A stretch of 63,987 nt of DNA, filler included, from Basidiobolus ranarum (lineage: Eukaryota): the NCBI GenBank assembly GCA_040143965.1. It is 46 parts of 46 records of this genome, joined end to end, with 100 filler letters (N's around TTAATTAATTAA, not from the genome) between each part and the next. Parts side by side here need not be neighbours in the genome. Positions count along the whole stretch, not along the records: positions 11,185 to 12,481 come from JASJQH010012521.1; positions 12,582 to 13,878 come from JASJQH010012522.1; positions 13,979 to 15,274 come from JASJQH010012523.1; positions 15,375 to 16,670 come from JASJQH010012524.1; positions 16,771 to 18,066 come from JASJQH010012525.1; positions 18,167 to 19,462 come from JASJQH010012526.1; positions 19,563 to 20,857 come from JASJQH010012527.1; positions 20,958 to 22,252 come from JASJQH010012528.1; 38 more parts are not named here. The stretch is one strand, 5' to 3'. Numbering within the stretch: the first letter of the stretch is position 1; each line of letters begins with the position of its first letter. Positions 12,183 through 23,747 of this stretch are shown in pieces. The notes below the pieces were generated by a model. That model saw only the letters and a list, made by a program, of their open reading frames with translations. It did no database searches and was not told the DNA's origin. The translations under genes were made by a program, and so were the position numbers.

Positions 12183-12481
12183 CTCTATGATACCAAAATT
12201 TCCAAGTTAATAAAGTCTGGGGATGTTTTGTTTAATGGAAATGAAATATTTTCACCCAAAATGACCTCAGATGATGACAAATATCAATTTTCTCCTGATC
12301 CAATTATTCAAATTGATTCAAACCAAAACAATAGAGAAAATAGTATTCTTGTGGATCTTCAACCAAAATGTTGCCCACTGAAGTGCCCAATACAATGCCA
12401 GAAGCTGTACTACCTTTATCCCAAACCTGGAGATCAAATCAGATCATAAAATGGCCCTGATAACTATATCATTGAGTCTCA
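12183..12481 (+). pseudogene. Copia post-integrase fragment
   Basis: LYDTKISKLIKSGDVLFN, compare RLYDTENKKLIKSRDVEF in ORF 21845-22249. Confidence 0.65.
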
Positions 12482-12581
12482 NNNNNNNNNNNNNNNNNNN
12501 NNNNNNNNNNNNNNNNNNNNNNNNNTTAATTAATTAANNNNNNNNNNNNNNNNNNNNNNNNNNNNNNNNNNNNNNNNNNNN

Positions 12582-12821
12582 ATCTATAGCCCCTATATTC
12601 TAAATAGGAATATCTCTATATCTATATAACAAGTATGTCTTATTACCCCCACTTATCTATTATATCTTATCACACAAACTCCTGAATATCTCAAACAATT
12701 AATTTACTTTTCTACTATATAAGTCACCATATACTCTTAAGAATAAACTAACTAAAACACACTATCATAAGTTGCTTCTAATACTCAAAGTCTAACCCCA
12801 TCATGTGAAGATCCTCCAACA
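12582..12821 (+). repeat. LTR family A, 3' part
   Basis: Ends GATCCTCCAACA; copies at 13769, 22353, 22890, 42520 and 59113. Confidence 0.8.
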
Positions 12822-13751
12822 CAGACTAACAGCAGAAAATTGCTGAGTATTGCAAATTTAGAATAGCACTGACACTTTGCAAATAGAAAACTTTTGCCAC
12901 CAATGACAAGAAGAATAAGCTCCCTCATTTGTGCTAATTTTCATAAAGCATTCAACCAGAAAATCCCACACTAACAATCAAAAAATATCCTACTACAAGT
13001 GGAAGCATCCCTGCCTAAACATGTTTTGCACCATGACTAAGTCAAAAGTACCATGTATCTTCATCTATCTCAACAAGAAGTCTCTTGTGTAGCTTTTCTA
13101 ATAATGCCACCAGATCAAGATTTTAATAAAATAGTTCTACAAGAGGTGTACTTACTAACTGTCCATAGATTTGGTTTTATTGCTGTTAATATGCTCAAAC
13201 AATGCAAAAACTCACAAGCACTCTGATACAAGCCCTGTATTAGATGGTGTCTGTTGTCTGGAGTTTTCTTAAACCATTGCATTACTTGCATCTCCAATTT
13301 TGATGTTACATTCCCTAACAGACTTTGAGGATTCTCATTGTAGAAAAAATGTCAAAATTTTAATCCATTTTGGATTGACTGCTTACTTCCTGTCATAAAA
13401 TCATTAAGTTAGATTTGATTATAATCAATTTTTTCAGTTTCAGGAGTGAAATTTCAAGATCTTGCAAAATGGTTGCACATGATTGGCTACAAGCTCAGAG
13501 AAATATGGATCAACATATGTGCAAAAAACATAACTCAAAATTTACCCATTTACCACTTGAATGCTAATTTGTTACCTTTGAAATCCCTAGTTGCTTTGAT
13601 ATATTCTCCTGAATATTTTTATAGAGTTCTTCATACCCAAGGTTTAGCTCATTTCCAACACAAGTTTGTATCAATTTCTCCATCAAAGCCACCATTGTAT
13701 TAACATTGATGAATAAACATTCTTCAAGCTATCTGGTGGATACCCTGCAAT
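12822..13751 (-). mobile_element. Old CMC transposase remnant (12822-13312) abutted by terminus A plus ORF2 end (13313-13751)
   Basis: CCCTAACAGACTTTGAGG at 13313; diverged transposase C-terminus to its left. Confidence 0.8.
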
Positions 13752-13878
13752 TGTCATGATTCTGATCTTGTTGGAGGATCTTGACATAATGGGGTAGACT
13801 TTGAGTATTAGAAGCAACTTATGATAGTGTGTTTTAGTTAGTTTATTCTTAAGAGTATATGGTGACTTATATAGTAGA
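13752..13878. repeat. LTR F start (13752-13768) interrupted by LTR A (13769 onward, minus)
   Basis: TGTCATGATTCTGATCT matches the reverse complement of 53336-53352; then TGTTGGAGGATCTTGAC. Confidence 0.7.
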
Positions 13879-14659
13879 NNNNNNNNNNNNNNNNNNNNNN
13901 NNNNNNNNNNNNNNNNNNNNNNTTAATTAATTAANNNNNNNNNNNNNNNNNNNNNNNNNNNNNNNNNNNNNNNNNNNNCATACAATAACACTGCTAGTTT
14001 GAATTTGGATTGCAAGTGTCATATTTTAAAAACAGCCCTAACCCTCTATTTAACAGGCAGCAGATATGTGAAGAGCAGATATTTTTAGTCCTTATTTTTA
14101 GTCCCACTCGAGGATATCATCGAGGATATCATCTTTAGATCAATATGAATACAAGTTCCGACACCAAGTGCTTTTGTAACCCCATATTGCACATACTGCT
14201 AGATGTACATAATAGTTTTCGCTGGAGACGTACCTGATATTCAAATTGCCCTTACAAATAGTATATTCGCTCAGTTTTTTCTCAGTTTTAGGCTATTAGC
14301 ATGTAAGAATTCATATCCGCTTCATCTCGAGTTTTCCACTCTTTTCCCACTCTTTTCCACTCTGTAAAGCAAACATGGTGAGAAATTCAAAGAGAGGTTG
14401 GACTTGCCATAAAGAATAATTTGCTAAACACCACCAATCAAAGAAGGAGGAGGTAGTGGATGAATTATGAATATTGGTAAGTGCATATTGGCAAGTGATC
14501 AGAGGATAAATGAATCCATTAGTTAACCATTATGACACATATCCATTAGTTAACCAACATAACAAGCATCCGTTAATTATTCTACCTAGTTAGGTAGCAA
14601 TTCGTGTTTATTTAGTCTATCCAATCACAAATTTGAAATATTTAGGGTTCAGGAACTAG

Positions 14660-15274
14660 AATTGATGCTTTTCACTTATTGATTTATTGAGTACAAAGGT
14701 GACATTTATAGTTTTGTCAAGAAGTAAACAAACAACCATATAGAATGCGTTAAGGAAGGTCGCAGAAACATATGTGCTAAGTTCGGGGCTTCTAGGACAA
14801 GTTTTAAAAATCTATATATCTGAGAACTTCTAAGCAAATTCCTCTGGAGAATAGTTCGTGATATCTTAGTGCAATATGGAGTAACTAAATACTGAGCTAT
14901 CTATGACTATATATAGGTGTTTAGGCTATGCTAATTTCAATATATATTAGCTACTCAAGAATCTAGAGTTTTAGAAATAAATATCCCAAAGCCATGCTTA
15001 GCAAAAGTCGAAATTACTGCCAAGTTCTAGAGTTATATCAGATATAGTGAGAAAATAATTCCAAACCTACCAAAATTCCGTATGTTTTCCCTAACTTCTA
15101 TAAACACTTAAATATCATATACAAAATATTTAACACTCATGCTGGAAACTGTTAAAGTATTTTGGGAGCCTGTTGGAAGTGATTTGGAGAAATAGAGAAA
15201 TTGGTAGTTTTCACTCATTGATTTATTGAGTATTCAGTTGAGAGTTATAGTTTTGTCAAGATGTACGCAAAGGA
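14660..15274 (-). repeat. Two LTR family B copies (about 14660-14942 and 15150-15274)
   Basis: Shared TTTTCACTTATTGATTTATTGAG...GCTAATTTCAA and TGTTAAAGTATTTTGGGAGCC. Confidence 0.75.
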
Positions 15275-15376
15275 NNNNNNNNNNNNNNNNNNNNNNNNNN
15301 NNNNNNNNNNNNNNNNNNTTAATTAATTAANNNNNNNNNNNNNNNNNNNNNNNNNNNNNNNNNNNNNNNNNNNNAA

Positions 15377-15553
15377 TCCCCTAACGCTTACTGCAGGGAC
15401 GTCACGCGCCCTGGGTGTCTCAACATTACCACCCTATTCAGACAAGCTCAAACCGGTGTTCTTTGCGGCACTTGCGCCACTGTCCTCTGCCAACCTACTG
15501 GTGGCCGTGCTCGTTTGACCGAAGGTTGCTCTTTCCGTAAGAAGGCCAACTAA
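15377..15553 (+). CDS. RPS27: 40S ribosomal protein eS27, 3' part (5'-truncated)
   Basis: [58 protein letters not shown]; absent from the ORF track. Confidence 0.92.
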   Translation, partial: SPNAYCRDVTRPGCLNITTLFRQAQTGVLCGTCATVLCQPTGGRARLTEGCSFRKKAN

Positions 15554-15699
15554 AATTTCTAGCATTTTAGCGATCTTCAACTGATTTTGTTAAAATAATA
15601 GAGCAACTCATTCTGATTCTGATTAAAAATTTCTATTATCTTCATTATAATGTAATTTACATCGAATTGAATGAAATGTTATTAAAATTTGGTCAAAAT

Positions 15700-16670
15700 T
15701 TAATATTGATTGCCCTTGGTTGACTCCGTTATCTTCATCATGTACTCTAGAGTAGCTACTACACCGTATCGATGTTGATACTGTGATCACAAGTTTGCTA
15801 CATCATATATATGTGATTCTTGTCTCTTGCTGTTATTGATCGAAGAATAGGCGATAGTGATGGCTTAGCCAAGTGTCGTTACCCCCTGTGGCAAGTTGCT
15901 TCCCATTGGTGAGAAACCATCCTGATTTACAATGCAATCTCTGCTTTAATCATGGCAAAAACCATTGCTGTGCATAAGCTAATCCTGGTTCCTGATAGGG
16001 TGAACGATGAATATCTCACAAGCGATGTTCCAACGATTCTTGGTGTTGCATGGTAGCATGTCCAACAGTCGGCATAAAGCCATGTATATGGTTGGATGAT
16101 GTGACGAATGATTCAGGGTTAGTGTAGTTAGGCTAATATATGGACTATCAAATGAGCATCTAATGCTGTTCTCCTCCACCAATATTGCCCAAGGCTTACT
16201 TCAGTATTCCCAAGGTTGTTGACGAAAGCGATCCACCTCGACTCGGATGAAATTGTATATAATCTGTATGATTTTCAATGGTTTGCGTGATAGGATGATA
16301 AGCTTTAAAACCGTCTTGTAGGATCCCAATTGAGATCACTCTAAGGATCATCGGAGTGTCTGCCCAATTGGAGGAAGTTAAAGGAAAAGGGTTGGGAAAA
16401 TCATCAACACACTCGTTAGAACTATCTTGATAGAAGAAATCCAAGAAGCTATCGTTGTCATTACTATCATGGTTAAAGAATCCTTGGGATTGGTTGATAT
16501 GCAATCTAGTAATATGAGACACTGAGGTTTCTGGCTAATGTTGCGATCTAGATTGTTTGCTCCTAACCAATAGAATGCTCCATCTCTCTTATTCCTTACC
16601 TACTCTTCCACTAACACTCGATACTTGCGGAATATTCACCTATGTAAGCCAAAAATGGTTCAATCTACGA
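15700..16670 (-). other. Probable non-TE coding or pseudogenic region of unknown identity
   Basis: CpG retained; ORF 16196-16522 ends at a GTAAGC donor-like site; GKQLATGGND motif at 15872-15904. Confidence 0.3.
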
Positions 16671-16792
16671 NNNNNNNNNNNNNNNNNNNNNNNNNNNNNN
16701 NNNNNNNNNNNNNNTTAATTAATTAANNNNNNNNNNNNNNNNNNNNNNNNNNNNNNNNNNNNNNNNNNNNCCCTCACAACATAGTTAGTATT

Positions 16793-17830
16793 ATGTCTAC
16801 AACAGCCCCCATAATGGATGATATTATGAGAGCTCTTACTCAGCTTCAGCAAGAAAATCAAGAACTTTGTACTTCTATAGCCCAAATACAAAATCCAGCT
16901 CCACCAAACTATACTGAAAATTCAACTCCTGAACCCAAAATCTCCTTACCAAATAAGTTTGATGGCACTTGCCAAAACTATTGTGGTTTTATTAACCAAG
17001 TAAAGTGCATCATCCAGTCACATCCTCATTGCTACCCCTCTGACCAAACAAAAGTAGGCTTAGTAGGGACACTATTATCAGGAACAGCTCTATCTTGGTT
17101 TGCTCCTTTGATGGAAAGTCAATCTCCACCTCTTTCAAACTTCCTTGCTGAACTGGAAGCCACATTTAGAAATGTAGATAAGGAAAGGGCTTCAGCCACC
17201 AAGATCTGTGCACTTAAACAAGGGTTAAAGCCTGCATTGACTTATGCTGCAGAATTCCACCTTCTTGCCTATGATCTCAATTGGGGAGAATCTGCCATGA
17301 TCAACCAATTCCAATATGGACTCCAAGAAAATATTAAGGATATTTTACTCACTATGGCTGACCCAGTGACCTTGACTGATGCTATCCACCAGGCAGTTAA
17401 ATGTGACAACCAGTTGTTTGAAAGACAGCAACAAAAAAATATGGCTCCTTTCTTCTCTCCTTCATCATATACTTTCAGACCTCCCTTCCATCAAATACAA
17501 AATACAGCTCAAGCTGATGACCCAATGCAAATTGATGGAACTTGCTTCAGAAAGCTTAGCCCTGAAGAGAAATATTGATGCCAACAGGAGAATTATGCCT
17601 CTATTGTGGAGCTCCTGGACATGTAGCAAGAACCTATCCAAAAAAGAATCCTGGATTTAAGATCAACAATATGCAAGTAGAATAGAACTCTTCCCAACCC
17701 TTTGAAAACTTCAATGCCCAGCTGCAATAATGGGCATGCAGTTGGGCCAACCATCTTCAAAAATGTATATTCACCATACATTGCAATATCTATAGTCATA
17801 CAAACCATTGAAGCTGCCCATTACACTCCT
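16793..17830 (+). pseudogene. Ty3/gypsy (chromovirus-type) gag and start of pol
   Basis: PEPKISLPNKFDG, LLSGTALSWF, YAAEF, QFQYGL, DDPMQID and a degenerate CLYCGAPGH knuckle. Confidence 0.9.
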
Positions 17831-18066
17831 TGTCATGCACCAACATACAAAGTTGTTTAACTTATGCCATATCTATACAACTTGCATGAATATCTGTTTA
17901 TCATTATCGCTAACTAGTCACCTGACCTTATCCAGTGACTTTATCATGTGACCTATGACCTGACTAACTATCTATTTGCTTATCCCTTCTATCAGATCAT
18001 AGGACCAATCACATGATCATGATCCAATCAGTATTAACCTGTGAGTCATCTGCCTAGACACAAGTC
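17831..18066 (+). repeat. Probable gypsy-type LTR inserted into the protease region
   Basis: Homology to the pol sequence breaks exactly at TGTCATGCAC. Confidence 0.5.
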
Positions 18067-18166
18067 NNNNNNNNNNNNNNNNNNNNNNNNNNNNNNNNNN
18101 NNNNNNNNNNTTAATTAATTAANNNNNNNNNNNNNNNNNNNNNNNNNNNNNNNNNNNNNNNNNNNN

Positions 18167-19462
18167 CCAGCTGAAACAAAAGGAAAAAAACCTGCAAGAA
18201 CAGAGGACTTTATTGATGAGCAGTCTATTGATCCACAATCTACTTTGGAAGGCATTAACATGCTGTAAACTAACTCAAGTACTGATGAAGCGTTCATCAG
18301 TTGCCAGATGGGTTGCTTGCCAGCAGTAGTGCAAGTGAAGAAATTTAATCCCCAATTACATAATAAATCAATAGTTGAGCAGAGTTCAACAGAAACACCA
18401 TCAAGACTATCAACTTCTAAAATGGCTACTTTGCCAACTGCTGAGCAGCCCTCCATGGAAAAGTTGGATAGAATTATTACAACAAGGGAATTGCAGGCAG
18501 AACACTATAATCATTTGTATGCAATCTCAAGTAGAAACTCTACTGTCCGACTTAACAAGTTATTCACACCATTACAAAGGTCTGCATTTCCAGAGTTAGA
18601 TAAACTGGCAAAAAAGCTTGATTTATGCATGGAGCCAGGTACACCAGTTGGAAGAGTGCTAAATTTGGAAGTTTTTCAAACACCAGGGACCTCTCAACAA
18701 GCCAAACCACCAGCAAATAAAAACTGACAGCTCTCCAACCTCAACTGGTACTTTTCAAAGTGTTGAGATTAGCCCCAAACTTAAAGGCAAGCAAAAAGCC
18801 ACACAAACACTACAAAGCACCTTCAGTAGTGTCACACTACTAGGACATACAAAAATAGTCAAAGTCCTTGAGGAGTATTTTCAAAAGTCTGCAAGGATGC
18901 AAAAAATAGTCAAAGTGCTGGAGGAGTATTTTCAAAAGTATGAAGAGAAAAATGAAGTTCAAGTATGCCATAAATTGCTTCAGAAGAACATTCAACTTGA
19001 CTTTCTGCCTGGTGTTGACCATGATGATATTTGGGAAGAAAGTAATACAGAGTGGCACAATATCTCAGGGTATCCACCAGATTGTTAGAAGACTGTTGAT
19101 TCAGCAATATTTAATGCAACAGTGGGGGCTTTGAAGGAGATATTGATACAAACTTGTGTTGAATATGAGCAAAACCTTGGGTATGAGGAACTCTACAAAA
19201 ACATTCAGGAGAATATATCAAAGAAACTAGGAATTTCAAAGGTGACAAATTAGCATTCAAGTGATAAATGTGTAAAATTTGAGTTATGTTTTTTGCAAAT
19301 GTGATTATCAATAGTTCTCTGAGATTGTAGCCAATCATGTGCAACTATTTTGCAAGATCTTGAAATTTCACTTCTGAAACAGAAAAAATTGATAACAATC
19401 AAATCTAACTTGACAATTTTATGGTTGTAAGTAAATAGTCAATACAAAATGGATCAAAATTG
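18167..19462 (+). mobile_element. CMC ORF2, nearly complete but degenerate, plus trailer towards terminus A
   Basis: Overlaps the ORF2 start copy (46877) and the C-terminal copies (33637, 61328); stop at 19251-19253; ~50-bp internal tandem duplication near 18850-18940. Confidence 0.85.
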
Positions 19463-19562
19463 NNNNNNNNNNNNNNNNNNNNNNNNNNNNNNNNNNNNNN
19501 NNNNNNTTAATTAATTAANNNNNNNNNNNNNNNNNNNNNNNNNNNNNNNNNNNNNNNNNNNN

Positions 19563-20857
19563 CCCTCTATTATAAGTATGGATAATCTTAATCTTTAGAC
19601 CTGTTTCAGTCTCCACCATTGCTTTGAACTTCTTGAAGGTATCAAAGGCTTCATCCTTACTGGCTAGAAAGTTTACCCAAGTACACTTTGTCTTATCATC
19701 AATAAAGGTCATAAAATACCTTTTCAACCTAAGGATTTTGTCTGCATTGGGCCACACAGATCTGAGTGTATCAGGCCCAATTTTTGATCAATTTTGCTCA
19801 TTCCAGAGCCCACAAATGGCTGTCTGTGTTGCCTACCATATAGGCAACCTTCACATAGCTCAGATCTGGTGGAATTATGAAATTTGGTCCCAAAACCATT
19901 TTGTATTTGATTAAATATTCATATTTTCAGCTCCTAGATGACCCAATCTTCTATTCCAGATTTTGCAGTCTATCTCTTCCATGGTGGCAGTATTGACTTG
20001 TTCATATATTGGCCTAATATAATGAAGTTTATACAAGCTATTTTGCTTAGCTCCAGAAGTTTTGTAATTCCCTTTTTGATCCCTGATTGTGCAGCCATTT
20101 TGATCAAAATTAAAGCTATATCCCTCAGATGTAGCTTTACTCACTGATAACATATTTTTTGCTATCCCAAGCACATATAGCATGTTTTTCAGTGTCAAAT
20201 ACATGTCCCCAGAGATGCCCCCAAGATCCACTTCAATTTCTCCCACTCCCAGAGCTTCTAGTGGCCAGTCATCTCCCATATAAGCCTTCTTGTTTATGTC
20301 AGTTTTGAGTGTCTGAAACAAGTTTTTTATTTTGAGAAATGTTGAGAGGCTCCAGAATCAATATACCACAACCTACAGTCTTGTTCAGAGGTCACTGAGA
20401 GGGCAGAAAAGAATAAAACTTCCTCCATGGTTGAAACCTGATTTGCTTGTTCTGACTTCTCATTTTTGTTGTAATTTCTTGATTTGCAATCTTTTTTCTG
20501 GTGTCCTGGTTTTTTAGAACCATAGCATAATCCTGCTTTCCTTCTTTTGCAACCTTTGTACTTGCCAAAGCTATGTTTTCAAGCACCAAAAAGAGCCACT
20601 TCGTCAGATTCTTTTTCAAAATTCTTACTTCTGAGGTGCTGATCCATTATCCTTGCTACCACAAACTCCAAAGACAACTTGTAAGATCTTGCTTCCAAAG
20701 CTGTGACCAAGTTTGAATACAGCTCTGGTAGACTACTTAGAAGAGTCATAATGACATCTTCTTCCAGTAAAGTTGCACCAATTTTTTCTAGTTGTTTCGC
20801 CAAAGATCTCACATTTGCAATATCAGTAACCATGCTTTCAGATTTTTCCATCTTTAT
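19563..20857 (-). pseudogene. Copia family C gag-protease-integrase fragments
   Basis: MEKSESMVT.IANVRS (same as the 52239 gag), WYIDSGASQH, WNRRLGHLG and FIDDKT. Confidence 0.9.
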
Positions 20858-20965
20858 NNNNNNNNNNNNNNNNNNNNNNNNNNNNNNNNNNNNNNNNNNN
20901 NTTAATTAATTAANNNNNNNNNNNNNNNNNNNNNNNNNNNNNNNNNNNNNNNNNNNNGCATACAA

Positions 20966-21038
20966 GGACTGGTAGCTCAGTGGTTAGAGCACCTTGCTAG
21001 AGTGAAGGAGGCCCCAGGTTCAAATCCTGGCCAGACCA
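20966..21038 (+). tRNA. tRNA-like cloverleaf (73 nt, nominal anticodon AGA, short variable loop); probably a pseudogene or TE-associated
   Basis: GGACTGG/CCAGACC acceptor stem (1 mismatch), GCTC/GAGC D-stem, CCTTG/GAAGG anticodon stem (1 mismatch), CCAGG-TTCAAAT-CCTGG T-arm. Confidence 0.7.
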
Positions 21039-21232
21039 ATATTTCTCCCTAAATAATTTCAATAAAAACACCTGATGAGGAAACCTCAAGAGGCATTTTG
21101 GACTACAGACTACCTTTGAGCTACAACAAAAGACAAGACTCAGCCAAGGAGGAATCAACTCTGTTGCACAGTTTCAGAATATCATGGTCAATATCCACTA
21201 GAAGTTCATCCTAGAAAAGTTAGCTATATTTG

Positions 21233-21584
21233 TATTGAAATTAAGTAAGTAGCAACTCATTATTTAGCAGTTAGTTTATTCATATTCTGATTTTTTAGCA
21301 CTGAATTCCATCATTCAAAAACATGTGCTTATTGCTTTAATTGATAGAAATATCAATTAGATTACTTTTACCAATTATCACTATTTTCTCAAAACCACTT
21401 CAAATCACCTCAAATTCTCACCCATGCTTAACAGGCATGTTTGTTTTGATCTAAGCAAGCCTGATAGTCCTATTTCATAGTAAACTATAAATAGGACATA
21501 TTTAATTCAATAAAACTTAAGTGTCTGATTCACAAATCCAAATCTTGTCCAAAACACTTCCAAATCCCCTAAACACTTTTATCA
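21233..21584 (+). repeat. Complete LTR family D
   Basis: TATTGAAAT...CACTTTTATCA; gypsy RT remnant on the left, copia on the right; no TSD. Confidence 0.85.
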
Positions 21585-22252
21585 AAACACCCATTTGCAT
21601 CTGATTAATTTTTGGTCATCAGGTAACTTAACCAAAGTCCAAGTTTGGTTATCTATGAGTGACTGATACTCCTCTGCCATTGCAACACTCCAAAACTTTG
21701 TGTTGGGACTCTCCATAGCTTCCTGTATGGATTTGGATTCATCAGAAAAAGCTAAATAAGCACTAGGCTTCTTTTGGCTATTCTGAGAGTAGTAATCAGG
21801 TGGAGATCTCTTTCAATTGCATCTCCTAAGATGGGAAATTGGCACTACAACTTCTGGTACCAACTTAGCCAATGAAACCACCCAGGCTTGGTTGAGGAGA
21901 CTGCAGGTGAGGAGTTATTAATGATTTTCTCACTGATCAGGATCTGGTGAGAAAAAGAAGAATTTTCATCAATTTTTGGTTGTTTTTCTTGATCCTGGAT
22001 TGTTTTGATTGAAAATTTTTCTTCTTCAGCAAATTCCACGTCCCTTGACTTGATTAGCTTCTTATTTTCAGTGTCATACAGTCTGTACCCTTTTGTCCCA
22101 TCACAATATCCCAAAAAAAGACATTTCTGGCTTTTTTGGTCTAATTTTGATCTCTTCTGGTCTGGAATCAATGCATATGCGGTACTTCCAAAAACTCTGA
22201 GATTAGCCACATCAGGTTTACTTCCAAACCAAGCTTGATAAGGTGTCATAGC
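21585..22252 (-). pseudogene. Copia integrase C-terminus to RT start
   Basis: TPYQAWFGSKPDVANLRVFGS...KCLFLGYCDGTKGYRLYD. Confidence 0.9.
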
Positions 22253-22352
22253 NNNNNNNNNNNNNNNNNNNNNNNNNNNNNNNNNNNNNNNNNNNNTTAA
22301 TTAATTAANNNNNNNNNNNNNNNNNNNNNNNNNNNNNNNNNNNNNNNNNNNN

Positions 22353-23647
22353 TAGTTATGATACATATATCAGAAACAGAAAGCAACGTATCTATAGCCC
22401 CTATATTCTAAATAGGAATATCTCTATATCTATATAACAAGTATGTCTTATTACCCCCACTTAGCTATTATATCTTATTACACAAACTCCTGAATATCTC
22501 AAACAATTGATTTACTTTTCTACTATATAAGTCACCATATACTCTGAAGAATAAACTAACTAAAACACACTATCATAAGTTGCTTCTAATACTCAAAGTC
22601 TACCCCCATTATGTCAAGATCCTCCAACAACTTGCTTACCTCCTGAAAAAAGTTGAAATGTCAATGTTAACTAAATACATTAGTAAGTTAAAGTCACCAA
22701 TTCTTCAATTTCTCAATATAACTGTCAACAGCTTCAACATTCCTTTCACAAGTTATGAGCCTCATGCTTGTACTCTCTTCAGTCTTCATCTCTCATAGCC
22801 TTGTAACTTCTCTTCCTTTGAAAAATTAGATATAACCTATGAATAAATTTCAAAAACATAGGAGAAGAATGTGCTACTGAAAGAAAAAATGTTGGAGGAT
22901 CTAGACATAGTGGGAGTTAAACTTTTATATTAGAGATGCCTCACTGAGCTGCTTGAGTGGCTTTACTCTAAAGAGAATATGGTGACCTATAAAGCAGGGA
23001 AGGAAACCAGTTGTTATAGATACTCAAGAGTTTGTGAAACAATAAAATAAAATAGATAAACAGTAGTAATAAGACACACTGCTTATATAGATATATAGAT
23101 ATCTCTAATGAGAATATAAGGGTTACAGACATTGTGCTCTCCTATCTTGGATAGATGATGGTTACTTTTGGTTCACCTGCAATCATACCACTTTTATTAG
23201 CAGTAGTGTTTATGTCAGCAGTTTCCAGAACCTGTGAGATTGAGCTGCTAGCTAGTGGTGATCTTAACTTGGCTTGTGAGTTTCCTTTGGTAGCCCAGCA
23301 GGGTTTAGCTTTGTTTGTGTTAGAGTATTTGGGAGCCTGTTGGAAGTGGTTTGGAGAATTCAAGGAATTGGTGGTTTTCACTTATTTATTTATTGAGTAG
23401 AAAGTTGACATTTATAGTTTTGTCAAGATATAAACAGACTGACATGTAGAATGTGTTAAGGATGGTCCTGTTGAAGTTTATTGTGTTTATCATATTTGTT
23501 ATCTCTATCTTTATACACCTAACTATTTCATATATCACATATAGGTTAGTTAACATTACTTAGTCAAATATCACTTAGCTGAAAATTGGAACATATATAT
23601 ATATACATGTGAATAATGTGAGAATTAGCAATTCCATATTGGAAATT
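22353..23647. repeat. LTR cluster: A (22353-22629), diverged A (22890-~23145), B (23318-23468), C (23469-23647)
   Basis: Direct matches to the LTR families defined elsewhere in the window. Confidence 0.8.
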
Positions 23648-23747
23648 NNNNNNNNNNNNNNNNNNNNNNNNNNNNNNNNNNNNNNNNNNNNTTAATTAAT
23701 TAANNNNNNNNNNNNNNNNNNNNNNNNNNNNNNNNNNNNNNNNNNNN

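Noticed and set aside
15378-15386. CCCTAAC as another CMC terminus
   Set aside because: It is followed by G rather than ARAAAT and lies within RPS27 codons.
15377-15460. Divergent RPS27 lacking the first zinc-ligand Cys
   Set aside because: The substitutions cluster at the contig edge and include several T>G and A>C changes, while the rest is canonical; low-quality base calls are more likely than biology.
16793-17578. Long gag ORF as a domesticated PEG10/RTL-like host gene
   Set aside because: It is multi-copy (25142, 55760), CpG-decayed, has a premature stop before the knuckle and is followed by an interrupted pol.
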